This document shows positions 7,101-9,450 of a stretch of 9,450 nt of DNA, piece by piece (the stretch's first letter is position 1; each line of letters opens with the position of its first letter). The notes under the pieces were generated by a model that saw only the letters and a program-made list of their open reading frames with translations, searched no databases and was not told the origin of the DNA. The stretch is from contig CAXHSZ010000003.1 in NCBI GenBank assembly GCA_964019335.1, positions 1 to 9,450 on the forward strand, read 5' to 3'. The position numbers and the translations under genes were made by a program. The DNA is from Diplonema japonicum (taxonomy: Eukaryota > Protista > Euglenozoa: Diplonemea).

Positions 7101-7829
7101 AAACGGCCGGATTGGGGGACGTTTTGCGATCTTGTTTTCAAACCATTTTTGAATGGTGCTGATGGTCTATATGAAGAGGACTATGTTGCGCCCGAAGAGG
7201 ACTATTTATGTAGTTTGTCGGAATTGACGTTATTCCTGTCCATCCCGTTGTCTCTACAGGTGCTTGCTGATTCGATCCAGAAATCGCTTTCGCAGCAAGG
7301 GGACTACTACGGTGCAGATTTCTTGTATTTGGTTTCAAGGGTTGCTGCAGAGATCGGGGTCAGTATCGAAGCGCACGCCGTTCGATTTTTAAGCTTCGCG
7401 TCGGACTTGTTGAAATCGCAAGAATGCCTCACTCGAGAGGAACAGACACAACTTGTTACAAAATGTATCGTGTCGCTGTCGCCCACCGTGAATCTAGAAT
7501 CTTTTCCGGTGGATGAGATCGTTTTCAACAACAAGCGGAGGAGGGCAAAGCTCACCGCGCTTTATAACAAGCCAGATATGTACTACCACACCCGGCTCTC
7601 GACCCTTCTTGGGGATGCCAAGGTGGTTACCTGGCAGAATATTATCACTATTTTCCGGTCGCTCTTCGCGTCTGAGGAACTTAATCTTATCTCGTTCGAG
7701 GCTGAGTTGATAGACACTTTCTATATGGACACCTCGGGGACTGGCATCATGCACTTTACTGCTGCGGTTTCGTGGATTCAGAAGGAGATAGGTGTCCTGA
7801 TGTCTATGCTCGATGAAGATGATGAGTGA
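4128..7829 (+). CDS. 1233-aa predicted dually acylated protein with a basic Ser-rich N-terminus, multiple degenerate EF-hand-like units and a Tudor/SH3-like domain; function unknown
   Basis: First in-frame ATG is at 4128 (MGAQCSTCS), at the end of the homopolymer spacer. The ORF is uninterrupted to TGA at 7827-7829. EF-like loops: DSLHTGELDDID (5967-6002) and DTSGTGIMHFTA (7728-7763). Confidence 0.85.
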   Translation: MGAQCSTCSLDEGKKHRRVRGRPRTVERRRRRASLKEKKNSVRKTSQTGSLPRQGSLSRALNRSGSLRSRRSSSPARRSSSPIGNRKSSLKKHSSGNLLKKKSSTFRSVRSESPSHSSPSFSPSPSPPQSNRVLDDSWLSGESDSHDPLFSAPSEVRALMSSVEESVSTSKASMSADDAISVVAKKARLKLIKLLSSHMYFEDLGHCFFRGKKYATFSTYYQFLAKLVGLNGNHCREELAALFDTISEKIPRSPEGDNVATALTFNALMREGIVIIAKSYISAGDKEEGIDVDFPDELEVVVRYRKSAAQWVSQTELLSNSIRQLWRYDHGALDWWTACSKLQRVLRFMGLSGGGFIRPMGVDFSEIVYKEFSRAAIKTEKNFIYFCYNSIKNILDAGSGERRKVKNPVFLRHDVDFGFTTPEMHINNHSTAVKLHSLMSIPGSVETMCGNLSGDECQPMFTALAILRRIGQEAHCDITMLFCYVAVDLYTNHLCIIPKDSLPSILRNCINLMIEMFERGAKVTIETAGMEVLKKSRKSVITVAFPGGRDIPEEEEALIRGFHCEEVESCYDSDDGEGDLVLNSHGQKLKAIHQFINAPLALRLATWKAFKMLDSLHTGELDDIDVRLLFTLIQSSMRVNLLEHRDALADRIKTKRPKQGFFLFSDAYTIVKGHLTQLQQVLSVTATPISALMTDCLAGVKGNKSRLLSIAKNRLLLRRTIKEELNSSVGRKEAQLDIERDTFLTILNLLCKRSGCNYDSLYPYACTMYQAAAVMNRLPILMLEELYIMIINVVHRRLVTEGKDLRYSEWDNDIPLADPLFATYCRRNLTTAYHEEWVRTLGSMYGEDRKGMDATPHSSCHSLAPRRCSIKPMLTQTRDLQETDYETITPRNIVYGIGEEVMVTGENNEDVSGVVLERYIDGTFDVSTDKEIIEKIHFTKLKGVSKATNPLPWSHSSDVLTKLCGVLGVLPIVAAYSSPVHSASEFTWWSWKRPDWGTFCDLVFKPFLNGADGLYEEDYVAPEEDYLCSLSELTLFLSIPLSLQVLADSIQKSLSQQGDYYGADFLYLVSRVAAEIGVSIEAHAVRFLSFASDLLKSQECLTREEQTQLVTKCIVSLSPTVNLESFPVDEIVFNNKRRRAKLTALYNKPDMYYHTRLSTLLGDAKVVTWQNIITIFRSLFASEELNLISFEAELIDTFYMDTSGTGIMHFTAAVSWIQKEIGVLMSMLDEDDE
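6810..6953 (+). other. Tudor/SH3-like small beta-barrel domain
   Basis: YGIGEEVMV...VSGVVLERYIDGTFDVSTDKEIIEKIHFTKLK fits the pattern Y-x-I-G-x2-V-x-V...G-x-V...DGT-[YF]-DV...E-x-[IV]. Confidence 0.5.
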
Positions 7830-8543
7830 AGGATTTTTTTTTCTTTCTTTTTTTTCTCTTTTTTCTTTTTTTTTTTCCGCTGCTCATGGACACTAGCCCG
7901 TCACCTCTTTTTTAACGCAAAACAAAAATGAACAAAAAAAAAAAAAAAATCAACAAAAAAATTAAATAAATTATACCGTTTTTTTGTTTTTGTTTTTTTT
8001 TTTTTTAAATTCAGGCATTGGCCGTGGTTTAAAAAAAAAAAAGATAATGGGATAGGGGCCCTTATCTTAAACAAAAGCGAAAGCTGTGAACACGAATTCA
8101 GCCACAAGGTTTGGTTAGTGACCTGTCAATCTTTTTTTTTTTTTTTTCGTCATCAATTTAGAAGAAGAATTAAGATGATAGATATTAAAAAAAGGTTGTT
8201 AAAAAATAAAATGAAATAAAAAAAACGGACAAAAAAAAAACTTCTTTTCCAGGCGCGTAGTGCCTGAGGAAACACAACCCCTTCCCCCCCACTGGGCACT
8301 TAGATCTTGAGCAAAAAAAAAAAAAAAAAAGAAGAAAACAAAGGAAAAAAAAAAACCCCCCAAAGAAGAACCAAATTGGACCGAAGAAACTCTGAAGAAT
8401 GAAAAATCACCCCCCCCCCTTTTTAAAAGAGAAAAGATTTACTTCCGAAACGGGCTCACCTTTCATAGAACGAGCAGAAATTAAATGAAAAAGAAAAAAA
8501 AAGAAATTTTCTTGTTTTTTTGTTTTTTCCCCTGATTGTATCA

Positions 8544-8581
<38 letters not shown>

Positions 8582-9450
8582 CCAAATGTAAAGAATAAAA
8601 AGTCCCCCCATCCCTCAAGCCCCTCCGAACTCCCATCTTTCCCTCCTCTCTCCCGCCCCCCCCCCCCCCCCCATCTCAGTTCGTTACTTTCTTTTTATTT
8701 TTCCATGTTTCACTTCTACTTGTGTGATGAGAGCAACATGCAGTGGTCAAGACCCCCTTTTTTTCCCTCCCCCTATAGTTCCCTTCTTATTTAAGCCCCA
8801 AGGGTGAATAACCAAGAAAGAAAAAAAAGGGGGGGGAAGAAAAAAAAAACCATCCTCCCCCAAGAAGAAATCCCAAAACCAGTCCCCCCCCCCCCCCCCC
8901 CTAGTTTGTGCTTCTTCTTTACAGAAGCCTGCTGGCGCGTTTACTTTGTTTCAGCTATTAAATTTATTTGAGTCAAGCTAGTGATGTAAACAAGGAGGGT
9001 AGAGGGGGGTGGGGGACTTTTTTTTTTTTTTTTTTTTTTTTGCCCTCTCCGCCCTCTCCCGTGGAACAGGCCCCCTTTTTATTTTTCTTAGTAACATCAA
9101 CAGTACTTTTAGTTTCCCCTCCTCCCCCTCTTCCATTTTTTTTTATCTTTTTCGAGGCAGTGGGAGGGAAGAAGAAAAAAAAAAAGAGAATTTTTTTAAA
9201 GAATAGGACACAGAACTTTCAGTGAATTTTTATTTTTTTTTATTTGTTATTTTTATACAGATGTAGATCTATTTTTTTTTTCTTTTTTAAATCCCCTCGC
9301 CTCTATTGGGAAGAAGAAGAAAATAGGTTTTTTTTTAAAAAAAAAAAAGAAGAAAACGAGAAAAACCTGTAATTTATTGCCAGAAATAAAAAAAAGAAGA
9401 AAGAATTGAGATATTCCGTTCTTAAGGGGGAAAGAAAAAAAAAAAAAAAA
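7830..9450. repeat. Long non-coding low-complexity region with poly-A, poly-T and poly-C tracts
   Basis: No credible ORF is present. C10 at 8410-8419, C17 at 8656-8672, C18 at 8884-8901, and many A/T runs longer than 10 nt. Confidence 0.85.

Noticed and set aside
8311-8484. Stop-free plus frame (…KEEPNWTEETLKNEKSPPPLFKREKIYFRNGLTFHRTSRN*)
   Set aside because: It has no ATG, is bounded upstream by TGA, and is largely A-run derived. An open frame of this length is unremarkable here.
8724-8810. Box C/D snoRNA (perfect box C, GTGATGA, at 8724-8730)
   Set aside because: No box D (CTGA) follows within a suitable distance and there is no terminal stem. The box C-like GTGATGG at 3569 fails for the same reason.
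8968-9225. Small ORFs 8968-9225, 9009-9206, 7901-8107, 3306-3572 and 3680-3880
   Set aside because: They have mostly non-ATG starts and are translations of homopolymer tracts.
1-9450. CRISPR array, tRNA/rRNA, transposon, telomeric repeats, prokaryotic defence operon
   Set aside because: I saw no regularly spaced repeats, cloverleaf or rRNA motifs, transposase/RT motifs, terminal repeats with target duplications, or telomere units. The architecture is eukaryotic.

Overview
This is eukaryotic, intron-free genomic DNA, probably from a protist. A euglenozoan (kinetoplastid/diplonemid-like) origin is inferred from the layout only. Three protein genes lie head-to-tail on the + strand, separated by spacers made of long A/T/C/G homopolymer runs. 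(1) The 3' end of a gene (<2-349) encodes a ZZ-type zinc finger followed by a C-terminal SEC-C (SecA-type) zinc motif. (2) A 904-aa protein (628-3342) has a lipase class 3-like alpha/beta-hydrolase domain with the catalytic Ser and apparently the His substituted, two Miro/EFCAB7-like degenerate EF-hand modules, and a short duplicated C-terminal motif. (3) A 1233-aa protein (4128-7829) has an N-terminal myristoylation/palmitoylation signal, a basic Ser-rich phospho-tail, many degenerate EF-hand-like units and a Tudor/SH3-like insert. The N-terminal extensions given in the ORF track (from 385 and 3774) are artefacts of homopolymer DNA. The spacers contain candidate pyrimidine-tract/AG splice acceptors, many homopolymer-stem hairpins, a coding-like antisense island (3562-3720), and a 1.6-kb C-tract-rich non-coding region with a potentially structured element (8881-9018). 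All domain calls come from motif recognition by eye, not from database searches.
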